From NCBI RefSeq assembly GCF_009914755.1, contig NC_060941.1: 64,000 nt of DNA; one strand, given 5' to 3'. The stretch comes from the human T2T-CHM13v2.0 reference genome, Homo sapiens. Positions 15,936-30,911 of the stretch are shown one piece after another. A model generated the notes under the pieces. The model was not told the DNA's origin, searched no databases, and saw only the letters and a program-made list of their open reading frames with translations. Both the position numbers and the translations under genes were made by a program. How positions within the stretch are numbered: the first letter of the stretch is position 1; every line of letters begins with the position of its first letter.

Positions 15936-16235
15936 GCCATTATAAGTAATAATTCTTAAAACCATATAGAAACATTTTGTAATGATGTAAGAAAAAAAAG
16001 ACACAAAATTGATTTTTAAAAAAACATGCATATGGATAATGCCTGGAAGATAAATGGGAAAAAGTGAAAATAATCAGTGTGTTGAAGTATTTGGCTTAAA
16101 GGCAAACTTTAAAAATTTTTTATGTTATTACTGTTACAAAAAGAAGGAAAGAGGATATTATACAGCAAAAGACTAAGAAAGAAAGTGGCAAACTAATGAC
16201 CAAAACTAAAAGCCAGTTATTTAATTCTTCCATCA

Positions 16236-16884
<649 letters not shown>

Positions 16885-17270
16885 GCTAGGTACAAGCTTT
16901 CAAGCTGGCCTAAACATAAGTAAGCTTCATTACTTAGTCTGAACATACAGACCAAGGATAAAAGCCTGGTAACCCCAATATCTCTCAAAAGGCATTTTAT
17001 TCTGACCAGGCCTCCCTGCTAACTCTCCCTTGTCCCAAAGGAGGTCACCCAGGGTACCCAGCTAGTTAAGGAGGACCAAACTGAGAGCCAGTCTGGACTG
17101 GCACAAGGGGAGATGCGGACATAAATGTACACGTGTTTCACATTCCAAAGCCAAATACAATAGGGTTCTAGATCATCTGGGAAATTACTCCTATTCATCA
17201 ACATAGAAAGGTCACGAATATCAACAGTGAGAACAAACAGGGAAGATTACATTTAAATGTAACCATATTT

Positions 17271-17682
<412 letters not shown>

Positions 17683-18254
17683 TTATTAATGACAATGTGA
17701 CTTTAAACAGTAGTTCTAAGTGGGTCACCTTGAATAATACGAAACAAAGCTTGCCAAGGGAAACATGCAAATAAGATCAAAATCCAACAGGGAATAGGCA
17801 TTTTCCTAGCTTTTCGGATTTTTACTGTAGAAAAATAAACACAGTATCTATCTAGTTTCTTTAGCACTAAAAAAACCAACAGCATGAAACTGCATTCTTC
17901 AATGGGGGTGGAGTCCAAAGGGACAGGCCTGACATTATTTTCAGCACACTGTACCAAGTCAAGCTGGTATGTGGATAAAGCAGCACAGCTGGGTTTACCA
18001 TGTGAGTAACGGGCAGAGAGAACCTACCACCCTATGTGGCGCAAACCACATGAGGCCAGCTGCAGAGGCTGTGGAGAGAGGCCTCTCTTTATCCCTTCTT
18101 CTTTCCCTCCATCTCTTTCTGAGGCCAGGACCTGCATGCAGACCTTTCTTGATAAAGAACTCAACCTCAATGTGATACATCAAGGGAAACATTCCCTGAA
18201 GAACATGGTGGAGCAAATAAACATTTGGCCTCGTGAGAATGGCCACAGAAAACA

Positions 18255-18860
18255 CTAGGGAATCTTAAACTGTCAGTTGGATGACTAGATATTTTATGAT
18301 ATTAAGGATTATGATTAATTTATTTTAGATATGATAATAAGCTGTTGGCTATACTTTTTTTTTTTTTTTTTGAGACAGGATCTCACTCAGTCACTCAGGC
18401 TGGGAATGCAGCGGCACAATCTTGGCTCACTGCAGCCTCAACCTTCCAGGCTCAAGTGAGCCTCCCACCCTCAGCCTCCTGAGTAGCTGGGACTACAGGC
18501 ATGTGCCACCACACCTGGCTAATTTTTGTATTCGTGGTACAGCCAGGGTTTCACTATGTTACCCAGGCCTCCCAAAGTGTTGGGATTACAGGCATGAACC
18601 ACCACACCCAGTCAGCTATACTTTTAAAAAGATTCCTTATCTTTTAGAAATGCATACTTAGGTATTCATAGATGAAATTATATGATGTCTGGGATTTACT
18701 GAAAAATAATCCAGGATAAAAGTGTGTGGGGCTATGGATGAACCAAAACTGCCATGAATTGATAATTGTAGAAGCTCAATGATGAGTATGTGGGGGTTCA
18801 TTATAGTCATCTTTTTCCTTTTGTATATGTCTGAAATTTTCTGTAACAAAAAAAAAAAAT
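18255..18860 (+). mobile_element. Old L1M 3' fragment containing an antisense Alu (18355-18614)
   Basis: L1M motifs (cttatcttttagaaatgcatact, gatgtctgggattt) around an internally deleted Alu. Confidence 0.75.
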
Positions 18861-20046
18861 CAGTAGGAGACAGCATAAAACCATTCATAACTTTGACCCG
18901 GCAATAGCCCCCTAAGGAAATAAATAAGGGGGAAGGGGAGAGCTGATTCTGCAAAGATGCATAATTGAGAAAAACACTGCTGCTCCCAACAAACGAGAAG
19001 ATGGCTAAGCAACGAGGGTACATCAATAAGGCAAAAACGCTACGTGGCTTTTTAAAATGATAAATACTTCAGCCTAGTCGCTAAGTGGAAATCTGCATAG
19101 GAATGCTAAGAGGAAAACAGGCAGGATAAAATATTATGTGCATACTAATCACCACAAGGTAAAAATGCATGCTCACATAATGGAAAGGGTCAAAAGAGAA
19201 CACAGAAGGCGACACCCTCCCTTTAACACTCAGCTCGTTGCCTCCTCTCAGTGAGGGCCCCAGACGGCCCCCGCGTGAGCATGCACACACGAGATGAATT
19301 AATTGCACTCTTCTGGGATCTCACAGTCCTCACTTGCTGAGGCTCATCCAGCCCCTATTGCTTGTCTAATGGTTCCTCATGGACCTGCCTTCCCTGATGC
19401 ACCATGAATTTTACCAGCACACAGTAGGTATTCAATAATGTGTGTCAAACAGAATAGAACATAAATAGCTGCTGTCTGTGTCTCAGGATTTTTTTTTTCT
19501 TTAGAGCTATTCCCACCCACAGTAGCCATTCAGGAAAGGCATTCCTCAGTATCAGAGAACAATGCTTCCATTTCTGATTCACAAAGTGCTTCTGCTACGT
19601 GGGTTTATGAAGCCAGCAAGGCAAAACAAAATCAAGCAGACTTTCTGTCTAGATCCTTGCTGGACCACACAGAAAAATCCCATTTTGTTTTGCAAGCTTG
19701 TAACAAGTCTCATTGCTATGGTTCCTAATACCAAGTCTGAAGATTCCCCAAGCACTGCTGTGAGAACGGGCCTTTCCTTGGCTACTTAAAAATGCTGCAT
19801 GGCTGCTCTCTGTGGCTGGCACTATAGTAAAGGGTACGAGCCAGAATGCAGTCGGGACTGTGGCTGCTCAGCAGCGTCAGGCGGGGAAGTCAAGAACTGC
19901 CCATCTAGACAGAAGTGGGCAGCAACACAGCCTGGGCCATGCTCCACCCAGTCTGAATGTTTCTCCATCTCTTCTGCTTAGAGCTGCTTTGAGCAGCAGG
20001 CTTTGGGTGGGTGAGAGGGGTTGATAGGGATATTCAAGAATGTCAG

Positions 20047-20365
<319 letters not shown>

Positions 20366-20747
20366 TCATTTTTCAGAGCAGTAGTTAACTTTTTGGATAA
20401 GATGTTAAAGGAAGAATACATTCCCTTTGAAAATCTGATAAGACCTTTCCAGAGAATTACACACACAATTCTGCACACACTTTCAACAGGTTATTCACCA
20501 ATCCCTGGCCTCAGTCAGATACCACTTCTGCCCTAGAGCTTTAGCTGTGACTGTTGGTATGAACACTTAGACAAGTTAAACACAACATGAATTTCCACAA
20601 CAGCAAGGCAGCTGCGATGAGTGAGGTACTACAGAGAGTGAGTGACAGCTCTGTTGGGAGGGCTGTCTCTGTGTCTTTATGAAGACCACTAGCAGAGATA
20701 CAGAGCCCATGCCTGGGCACACACAGGAAGGCAAGAGCACCATGGTT

Positions 20748-20791
20748 AAGACACTCCATTCCAAAAACAAAACAAAAAAGACACTCCATTC
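20748..20791 (+). mobile_element. Orphan A-rich insert flanked by a 14-bp TSD
   Basis: aagacactccattc + caaaaacaaaacaaaa + aagacactccattc; reconstructed target TT/AAGA. Confidence 0.65.
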
Positions 20792-22964
20792 TAGTTCTTC
20801 AGAAATGAGACTGCCAAGCCTGAAGTCCTTAAGGTTATCAGACCATGAGACAGCCTCTTTTTGTTGGACTGGAATGCTGACACTACTCATTATGCAGTCA
20901 TTTTACCGAGTGTTGCCTTAAGTGCTCCAGAAAGTGGGGTATAGAGAATTACCAACATACAAACTTTAGCCCATTCTCCTAACAAAAACCAAAAAATTGG
21001 TCCAGATGGTCTTAGGAAATGTCCAAATCAGAGACTCTTGTGAAAGTGGTTAAAAAAAAGGGGGGTCTGGGAATGTGTAGGACCTAACTTTGAACTTGGT
21101 AGGCACAAGGAGGACTGCAGAGACCCTCACGGTAGACAGACACCTGGCAGGCCCCTCCTGACACTTGGGGCTCCTAAGTCTGACTTATTCCACATCTTGT
21201 CCAAGAGATAAAATACCCTTCCCCAGCAGCCTCTTGCAATCAGCTCATCAATATGCCATGAAAATGTTTTGAAACAAGCTTTGGTCACATCACTGCCCTG
21301 TTCCAGCCCTTTATTAACTTTCCTTGTGATGGTACAAGAAGGGTATGTTCCATTTACTTCCAAAAGGAATTTAGGGTAATTTTAGTAATAATTTATACCC
21401 AAGACAAATAAAACAAGAAGGCTGAAAACCAAATGGAATAAAAGAAGAAATGTTTTACCAAGAACCAGAGAGATAAGACAGTTATTGCAACTAGACGCTA
21501 ATTAGGCCCATGCTTCCTGGTGGCCTGGGCAAGAAGGGAAAGACAATGAGTTTCCACAGTCCTTCCTTGCTGATTAAAGGCAGAATAAAAGGCATTCCTC
21601 TAGGATGGGGATTTTTTTTCCCTAACAGTAAGTTTTGAGATTTATTGCAGTCACTCATATTAAGGAATAATGAATAGCATAATATGGAATGTCTTCAACA
21701 ACAGTTTCATATAAAATATAAAATGTTCTTCCTGTAACTTAGCCTGGTATTAACTGCCCTTTACCATTTGTCCCAGTTACTTTTGCAGCCTCTCTTTTCC
21801 TATTTTGCCCCATCCCATCCCCACAAAGAACTACACATTCAACCAAACCAGACTCCTCTTTCCAAGAACACATCCCCACCTTTTCGTTACTACCTATTTT
21901 TACCCATCCTATCCTCTTTAAATCCTTCCTCTTCTACAGACTTCCCCAATTCTCCAATCAAAAGAGGTCTCATTCTACCACGCAGCCCATGCCTCTGCAC
22001 TGCCAAGCAAGGCAGAGCACCAACAAGGCAAAGTCATGCAGAAGTGGCAGCAAGATCTTTGGAGTCAGGCCAATTGAGCTCAAATCTGATTCAGCTGCTT
22101 ATATGCTGTGTGATCCTAACCAAATAACTAAATGTCTCTGAGCCTCAGTTTCCACATCTATAGAACAGAAACAGGGCCTGGCACACAGGAGTCCTCAGGA
22201 GAACTGGGGGAGCAATAGCTGGCACAATAGAGACTTGGGTATCTGTCTTCTCTCCCCCTCCCCCGTACAAAATGAGCTCCTTGAAAGGCAATACAATGAA
22301 GCATCTCCCAGAAGACCTTACACATGAGGGGACCTCAAAAATGGAGTTGCAGAGTTATCTAAAAGCCTGACTGTTTGGAATTAGATCAGAGAGTCTGACA
22401 TGCAGTAGCTTCATGCCAGATCCAGGTTCAGAACGCAAAGCTCCTATAACTCCTGGGCCAAACTTTACACACGTGACACTGTTAGCCCCTTGAGGGTCTC
22501 AACACACTGACTTCCTATTTCACACAATAAAGATCCTCTTCCTTGTCAGAAAATAATTCTTATCATACAGGTCTCCAAATACCCATGCAAATCACATTAA
22601 TATAACCCGAGGTGGCCACCTTACCCAAAGATCTCATCAAGGGGAGCTGGTGTGTGTTTAATTGTTATGAATGTATATCACTGACCAATGCCTTGATAAA
22701 CTACAGATAAAATCTATCAGTTCTTGATGGCTAATTTGGTACAACATGAATATTGTGAGTTCTAATAACTCACAGGAGACTATTCTAGTACTTACCAGCT
22801 ATATGTCTTCCACACTCATAAAACAACCATAATTACCTTTCATGGGTGAGATGTTCTAGTAATTCTTAAGTGACTTAACCCTAGAAAATCTATGGAAAAA
22901 GCTAATTTCAAAGAATTTTTGTTTTGAAAGTAGAAGACAAGACCAAGAACTTATGAACATGCTT

Positions 22965-23121
22965 TTTATTTCATTATTCTTATTATTTTATTTTTATTTT
23001 TTGTAGAGACAGAGTCTTGGTACTTTGCCCAGGTTGGTCTCAAACTCCTGGCCTCAAGCAATCCTCCTGCCTTAGCCTTCCAAAGTGCTGGGATTACAGG
23101 TATGAGTTACCGTGCCCAGCC
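22965..23121 (-). mobile_element. FLAM_C-like Alu monomer
   Basis: Single left arm. Confidence 0.85.
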
Positions 23122-23454
23122 CTCTTTTTTAACAAACATGCCAGAAAACATACGTCCCTTTGTTTCCTGGGGATAGATGAATTATGGTAATGTTGTCCCT
23201 GGGCAGCAGTGTAAAACTGTTTTACAAACAGTTGAATCTTCTATTTTAGAAGTTCCCCTCAGAAGTAGCATGGCTGTATTGTTGGGGGAAAGCCAGGCCT
23301 CTCTGGAGCAGGCATGGGATGTGGTGGGGAATGTACTTTGGAACCAGACAGAACTACATGCAAATCTTACTTTAAAATATTGGGGTAAGGTGTTTCAACT
23401 CCTTGGGCCTCAATGTTCTTATCTATAAAATGGAGTTAATACTATTAATAAATA

Positions 23455-23600
23455 TGGAAATGGTTCTCCCATTTTATTGTGCACCCGAATCATCTGTAGA
23501 GTTTGTTAAAAATATAGCTACATGAGTCCCATCCCCAAAGATTCAAAGATTCTGTTTCAGTGCATCTGATGTGGGGCCCAGAAATCTGTGGGGATTTAAA
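23455..23600. mobile_element. MER5-type DNA transposon remnant
   Basis: tggttctc...gaatcatctgtagagtttgttaaaaat...ggggcccagaaatctg. Confidence 0.6.
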
Positions 23601-23669
23601 TTATTTTTCATTTTTAATTGCACAATATGTAAATACATTTCCCCCTTGTAAAATATTAAAACATTACCT

Positions 23670-24180
23670 TATCAGTTATGATTGCATTCAGCTGCAAGCA
23701 ATTAAAAAACTAACAGTCGTTTAAACAGATGGGGGTTATTTTTCTCAGGGAACAAGAAGAAATCTAGAAGCAGGCAGTATAGAGCTGGAGTGGATTTATG
23801 GAATCCACTCAAGGATTCCATAAAGGACCCAGGAACTTTTTGTCTTCTTCCTCTGCCATCCTTGGCCTGAGGCTTCCCTCCTTTCCATCCTTCCAGCTGC
23901 AAGGCACCACTGCTCTACCTGGCAGTCTATAAAGCAGGCAGGAAGAACACGAAAGGGCCAAAGGACTTTGCCATCTTATTTATGAAGAGGTGCTCTCCTC
24001 AGGAGCTCCTGCCTCTTGTTCATAGGCCAGAGCTGTGTCATACAGTCACCCCTAGCTGCAAGGGAAACTAAGTAAGAGAATATAGCTGGGCACATAGGCA
24101 ATCCAAACAAAATCAGACTCCGTCAGAAAAGAAGAAATGAGGAACAGGTATTGGGAGCCTGTGGAACAGTGTCTACTGCA
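23670..24180 (-). mobile_element. Old ERVL-class LTR (LTR33-like)
   Basis: tcagttatgattgcattcagctgcaag...aacaagaagaaatctagaagcaggcag...cctagctgcaagggaa; subfamily called by eye. Confidence 0.6.
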
Positions 24181-24847
24181 ATTACAGATGAGGTTCATAT
24201 TCCCTTGGGGCCTCTTTCCCTTGACCCCCATCAATCCTGGCCTCATGGGCTTTTCACCAAGCTCCCCAGGAGGTTCTGATGCCCCCTAAGCATCATTTTG
24301 AGGGCCACCACCACACTTACAGTACTTATGCAGAGGTCTAGATCTGGCTTTAAAATGTTTAGCCTGGTGGAGCCATAATAGTTGTCTGATGGATATTTAC
24401 TCTCATCCTCTTTCCTTCCCCTACAAGTCACCCAGAAAACCCACTCGTTTGTTACAACCACAACTCAAGTTTGCCTAAATGGCCTTGCTCAGCATCCAAC
24501 ACTGGGGTGTGAAAAAGTATTGGCTTATTTTTTTAATCAAATCCATCCTTCAAAAGATGATGATCTGCCACCCTAGACAATATTTAAAGAATGTGACTTG
24601 GGCCCAAAACATGGCTGAAGCATGAGACCCTGCCTGAGATGACAGTATTATCCCACAAGGTGACTCACTGCCTGGAAAGGCTTGCCCCTAATCCACAGAC
24701 ACATTTAGATACTAGGTTAGGAAAAAAAAATTTGAGTAGGCAAGTGTGCATCACACATTAAGTGGGGGGAAATCAAGACACAAACTAGTATATTTTTTAT
24801 ATTTTATATTAAAAGTATGTACAGTTTTATATTAAAAGTGTATACCT

Positions 24848-25145
24848 GGCTGGGCATGGTAGCCATTTTCAAAGTGCTCCAATCCCAGCACTTTAGGAGG
24901 CCAAGGTGGGAGGACTGCTTAAGCCCAGGAGTTCAAGACCAGCCTGGGCAACATAGTGAGACTTTGTCTCTACAAAAACAGTGTTGAAATTAGCCAGATA
25001 TGTTGGTGTGCTCCTGTAGTCTCAGCTACTTGGGAGGCTGAGGGAGGGGTATCACTTGAGCCCGGGGATCAAGGCTGCAGTGAGCTATGATGTCATTAAA
25101 TCCAGCCAGGGAGACAGAGTGAAACCCTGTCTCAAAAATAAAAAC
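24848..25145 (+). mobile_element. AluJ
   Basis: Alu consensus. Confidence 0.88.
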
Positions 25146-26669
25146 CACACAAAAAAACAGTATATACCTAGGCAAAGGAACAAAGCCTGAAAGGCTAGCC
25201 CCTGATACGGTAACAATGGCAAACATCTTAGTAGTGAGAGTAATTATGTCTTACTGTGTTTTGTTTTGTTTTGTTTTGTTTAGGGGGATAATTTCTAAAA
25301 TTTTTCTCCTAAAAATACATATTTATTTTGTAACAAGATTTATGATTTTTAAAAATGTGTCGACCTATACAGCCATCAGAAATAACAATATGCGATATTT
25401 CATCTTATCTGGTCTTTGGGTAAAATTAAAAGGCAAATAAGAACGGCATCCAAAGCAAGGGCATGACTGTGTATGCAGGGCACGGTGACAAGGCCACTGC
25501 CTACAATGGTAGTGTTTTAACAATCTGAAATCATTCAGATTTAACAGGGGAAAACCTTCAGAATGAAACACAGGCTCCAGGTTCCTGAGATTTCCTAATA
25601 GAGAAGCTGCAAAGAGAAATGCGGGTTCATTACTCAGCCACCGTGCTGCACTCAGCTATCCTGCACATAGCAATTAGAGTGGAACTCAGGGCACCATGTG
25701 CACTGCATACAAAGCCAGCCACCCTCTGAGAGGAACCAAAATGCACAAGACCCCACAGCATAGAAAGCAGCCAGCTATTAAGAAAAGTTTTTCCAATTGG
25801 TACATTCTCGGCAAACCCTTGCCCACAATTTCCTCAGGAAGCCTCTGTGGCTATCAAACAAGCAAACTAATAAATACATTAATAGGCAAGATCTACAAGT
25901 TGGATGCTGTTAACTTTGGGGAGGCAGCTGAACTGTGAGTCAGGTCTAGGGAGGTAACTTCATACTGAAGGCTCTATTCTCTATACATCTTTCTACTCTA
26001 GCAAATGCTTATAATCTGTTGGCAAATAACAGCCTTAGCTGAGCTTCTTCTGAAACAAAGATGCCCCCAGTTGTTAAGAACTCCTTGATTTAAATTGGGC
26101 TTGCTGCATTCTGAACCTCTTCCTCCAAATCTGAATGGCAGAAAAGTGACCTTCTCCACATCCTCTTACTGCTCTTTCTTGTCAGTAGACCTTGAGCTTG
26201 CCGAGCTGTGCTTTCCAAGGTCCTGGTAACTGTGCCTGCTCTAGGAGGTAGCTTAGAGGACTGGAGAAAGCAGAGGATGGTGCACCTGGAAGCCCCAATC
26301 CTGGTCCCAGGGACCCAGGGCAAGTCACCTCCTCCCTGGGTCTCTATGGGATCCAATGCAAAGCTGAATTATACACCTTATTATACCATCTCTAAAGTCC
26401 AACAATGATGCCATCATGCTCCAAGAGCCATTAGGACATAAGGAACGAGGTCACAAGTGATGAAATACAGTTGGCAAATCAACCTAAAAATATTCAACCT
26501 CAGCAGGAATTACAGAAATGAAAATTTAAGTGAAATGCACTTCCACCTATCAATTTAGCAAATTCTGAGGAATGACTCACACTGGTGGTGCCTGCCTTGT
26601 GCAACAGTCTGAACTGGTCTCCCAGAAGGGAGGTCTTCCCCTCCTATCCTACCCAGTCCATCCTCCACC

Positions 26670-27030
26670 CAGCAGCTAGTGGCTTTTCTGGAATGCAAAT
26701 CTCATCATGTCACTGGCCTGCATTTATAGCTCCTTTACGGTTTCCCACTGCTGTTAGGACAAAGTCTACATTCTGTCACTTGGCCTCGCTTGCTCCTGCC
26801 CTGTCTTCCTCTGCAGCCCATCTCTCTCCACCCTCCCTTCGGCCTCTGGCCTTAGCTCCCCCAGGCGTGTGCCCTTCAGCAGCTCTGGGTTTTCACACAT
26901 TCTGTTCTCTCTGCCTGGATATCTAGGACAGTCTCTCCCCACCATCCTATCTGCTTCTACTCTTGTTAACATTTAACACCTTCAGGATGTGGCCTAAAAC
27001 CCTTCTTCCAGGAAGTTTTCCCCAACCCTG
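26670..27030 (+). mobile_element. L2 fragment
   Basis: gcaaatctcatcatgtcact...tctgttctctctgcctgga...ttccaggaagttttcc. Confidence 0.55.
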
Positions 27031-27129
27031 TTCCTCACACTAGTGCCCCTGCCCCAACCTGGGCCAGGTTAGGTGGGGTCTCCATAAAAACTAAGCATAT
27101 GTAAAGCAATATAAATTTTTTGGAGAATA

Positions 27130-27570
27130 AGAAACTTAAAAACAAGCATACCCTTTGACATGGTAATTCTATTTAAAGGAATTTATTATATGTAAATAAT
27201 CTGAAATGCAAAGATATAAGCCCTAAGATGTTTATCACTGCATTAATTATAATAGCAAGGAAAAAAAGAAAAGAAATAATCTAAATGTCCAACATTAGAG
27301 GAATGGTAACATGAAATGCAATGTATTCATCCACATAAGGGAATATTATGTAGTCATTTAATAATGATATTTATAAGCTGTTTTTTAATTAAAAATGATT
27401 ATTCTATATTAAGTGGGAAAAACAGGGCACAAAATTGTACTTACAGCATTATCTCTGTAAAGAAAAATGTTTTAATAATACAGGAAGAAAATACACCAAA
27501 ATGTTTATAGTAGTAACCTTTGTGTAGTGGGATAATGAAAATTTTTCTCTACTTCTCTACATTTCTTTCT
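27130..27570 (+). mobile_element. Old L1ME-like fragment
   Basis: cataccctttgac...gatgtttatcactgcattaattataatagca...aaatgtccaaca. Confidence 0.7.
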
Positions 27571-30500
27571 GCTTTCAAATTTTCAGGGGAAAAAGGCTTT
27601 TTAACAGTCTAAGTTCAACCTCTTTGATTCTTCCACATTGTTCTAAAGCTGCCTCATACCATGAGGGCTCAGAGTTGAACTGGCCTCTTGTACCCTGCCG
27701 TGCTGACCTCCCACGATCTTTCTGCTTAGGGTCTCCTGACCCATAGCATGTTGTGACAAATGCCAGGGGAGCAGAAAGAAGGCTGGAGGCCATCTGTCCC
27801 TGCAGCCCCAAAGGATAAAGGAGAGCAATGCCTGGCAAATTGTCCCTACTCCAGTGGTACATATTCCAGAGTTATCTGGCAGGCTATTCAACATGAACCC
27901 TTCCTCCCACAGAAGTGATGATCATAAAAGCCTAATGAATTCCCTCCTCCGGTTTTGTAACAAGCATTCTACTGTAATCCTATTCAAGGAACACCGACAT
28001 TTTTATTTTTATCTTTGATCAGAGTCAACCAATAAGGAAATGGTAGCCTGTGTGCCAATATCCACCCCTGATGAATAACCAGCCATGATCAATGCCTCAC
28101 ACCTGGGTCCCATCAGGCTCGGATTAGGGGACTTTCACAGGTAAGAATGGTGAGGGCCAAAGATCTGTAGCAAATGAAGGCTGTCACATATGAACCAGAT
28201 TAAACAAAGGTTCTTTCCTGCCTTTTTGTGTCACCAGTGGGGGAGGGCCTTTCCCAGTGATTGAGGACCCCAAGTCATGCAGGCTTTGCGTCACCTGCTG
28301 GTATCATGTGCTCTCAGCTCATGAGCAGCTTTCTAAGGCTGACAAACTGCTCAGCAATGACACACAGCCCACATGCTACAGTCTCTTTTCCTGCAGGCTG
28401 TAGGAATGAGAAAGTGCAAGGATAAATGACACTAAATAATGCAGAGGTGAACACCACTCACGCAAGAGCATAACAAAGTACATTTGAGAGAGCTGCACAG
28501 TGGAGGGGGGCATGTGGAAAGGTTAGCACTCCACACTGGGCTCCAAATCATAGCTCTTAAGCTTAAAGACAGCTCCCGCATTGGTCTCCTTCATGTCTCA
28601 CCAGTCCACCTGCATCTGACACTGCCTAATAGAGAACCACACTCCATTCCTGCCACTCACAGAAAGGTCTCCACTGATGTCCACACAAAGGCTTGACTGG
28701 GATTTTGCCATACGGTGGCTCTGCTTTGGAGGGCTCTCTCCAGAACACAATGCCACCAAGAGCAGAGACCTCCCTCTGTGTTACTCCCTCTCACCCAGCG
28801 TGGTGCAATGGGAAGAGGAGAGGACCCAGGACTGCAGGTAGAAATGAGAGGGAGGCAGTTAGATCCAATTAAGCAAGTCATTTTCATTTAACTGGAGAAG
28901 AGACCAACGTGGGATGTGCTGCCTATGAGATAATGAGTTTTCCATTACTGGAGGTATACAAGTCTGGGCGGGTAGCCACCTGGCAGGACGTTCTAGAAGG
29001 GGTGCCTGCTGTGCCTAAGACCTTGCCCTCAGCAACCCAGAGAGCTCCTTCTACCTCTTAGACCCTTGGTGCCTTTGATTTCACTGCAGTGGCCTGAAGC
29101 TGCCTTCTTCACTGGTAACATAAGGCTGACAACAGTCCCGCTCTGACTAGGATGTTCTATATAATAAATGACTACCAGGAGAGGCACTGGGGAGGAATAC
29201 AGGAGCCACTCAATCCTCCACTAGAGAATGGAGTGACGACGTGCTCTGGAAAAAGCCAATGAGACTCAAGATAGGCATGAGGTTACAAATCTCTCCAGAT
29301 TCCACTTCTACCCACATACTCATAAATGCACAGGGACGCAACCCAGCAGGCAGATAGTCACAAACCAATACTACCTAACCTTTACTGACTTATAATATCC
29401 TACATGCCTTAACTCATTACTTTATTTAATCCTCACCATGAGGCAAAGGTTGAAAGGGTTTTTTTTTTTTTTTTAATATTTTGTAAAGAGGTCTTGCTAA
29501 AGTGACCGCCCCACCTTGGCCTCCTAAAGTACTGGGATTATAAGCATTAGCCACCACACCCGGTCTAGGTCGAAACTTATAATTCTCACTTTCTATACAC
29601 TGGGGTGGGGCCGCCCAGAGAAGCTAAATGACTTGCCCAGACACACACACAGCAAGCAGTGGCACCTGGACTAGAATTCCATTCTGTCTGACCTCTGAAC
29701 CCAAGTGTTTCACCAATAAGTTATAATGCAGCTACTCAGTAATGGGATGAAAAGGATAAAATGAAGAACCTTGATATACAGACAGCCTCTAAGTAATTTG
29801 TTTCTACCCATTACTGAAGTATCTTCCATCTGAATTAAACCTTTGCAAAGAGAGGCCAGCCCTCTCTAGTGTGACTTTCTCTCCCTAACAGTGCCTAACT
29901 TTTGGTGTTGAGACGAATACCAGGCAAAAAGTTGGCAGCTGGCTTTTAGAGTTGAAAAGAACCTTAACTTTCATCTGATGGGAGGCCTCCCAGATGGGCT
30001 GTGCCCAGCCACTGCCCACAGTCACCTCACTGTACTTGTGATAGACCTTAGCAGATTCTATTCAGTCTTAAAAAATATATGACATTATGAGACAACTAAA
30101 AATTTTGAACACTAGTTGGATACATGATAGGAAATTACATTTTAAAAGTACAATCACAGTATTGTGATTGTTTCTAAAATGAGTCATTTTCTTTTAGAGA
30201 TACATATTGAAATATATGCTGAAATAATATGATTTGGGGGACTTACTTCAAAATAATATGGGCAGGGTATGCATATTGACAAAATCTAATAGGTCATGAG
30301 TTGATAATTGTTGAAGTTCTATAAAGGGTTTGTAGAAGTTCATTATACTATTCTACTTTTGCATGTTTAAAATTTTCTATAACACAAAGTTTAAAAAGTA
30401 AATTTGAAGATAAAATTGACACATTCAATATTCTTAGAGAAAAGTTAAACATAGGGCAGAGATTATAAATGTAATGAAAGTATAAGTAAGGGAAAGATTC

Positions 30501-30572
30501 AAACTCAATAAACACATTTGTTGAGTCCCCATTATGTAGGAGGCTCTGTAGTAGCCTCTACTTCCTCATCTA

Positions 30573-30911
<339 letters not shown>

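Noticed and set aside
22754-22774. Inverted repeat tgtgagtt-N5-aactcaca
   Set aside because: Several 8-bp inverted repeats with short spacers are expected by chance in 64 kb.
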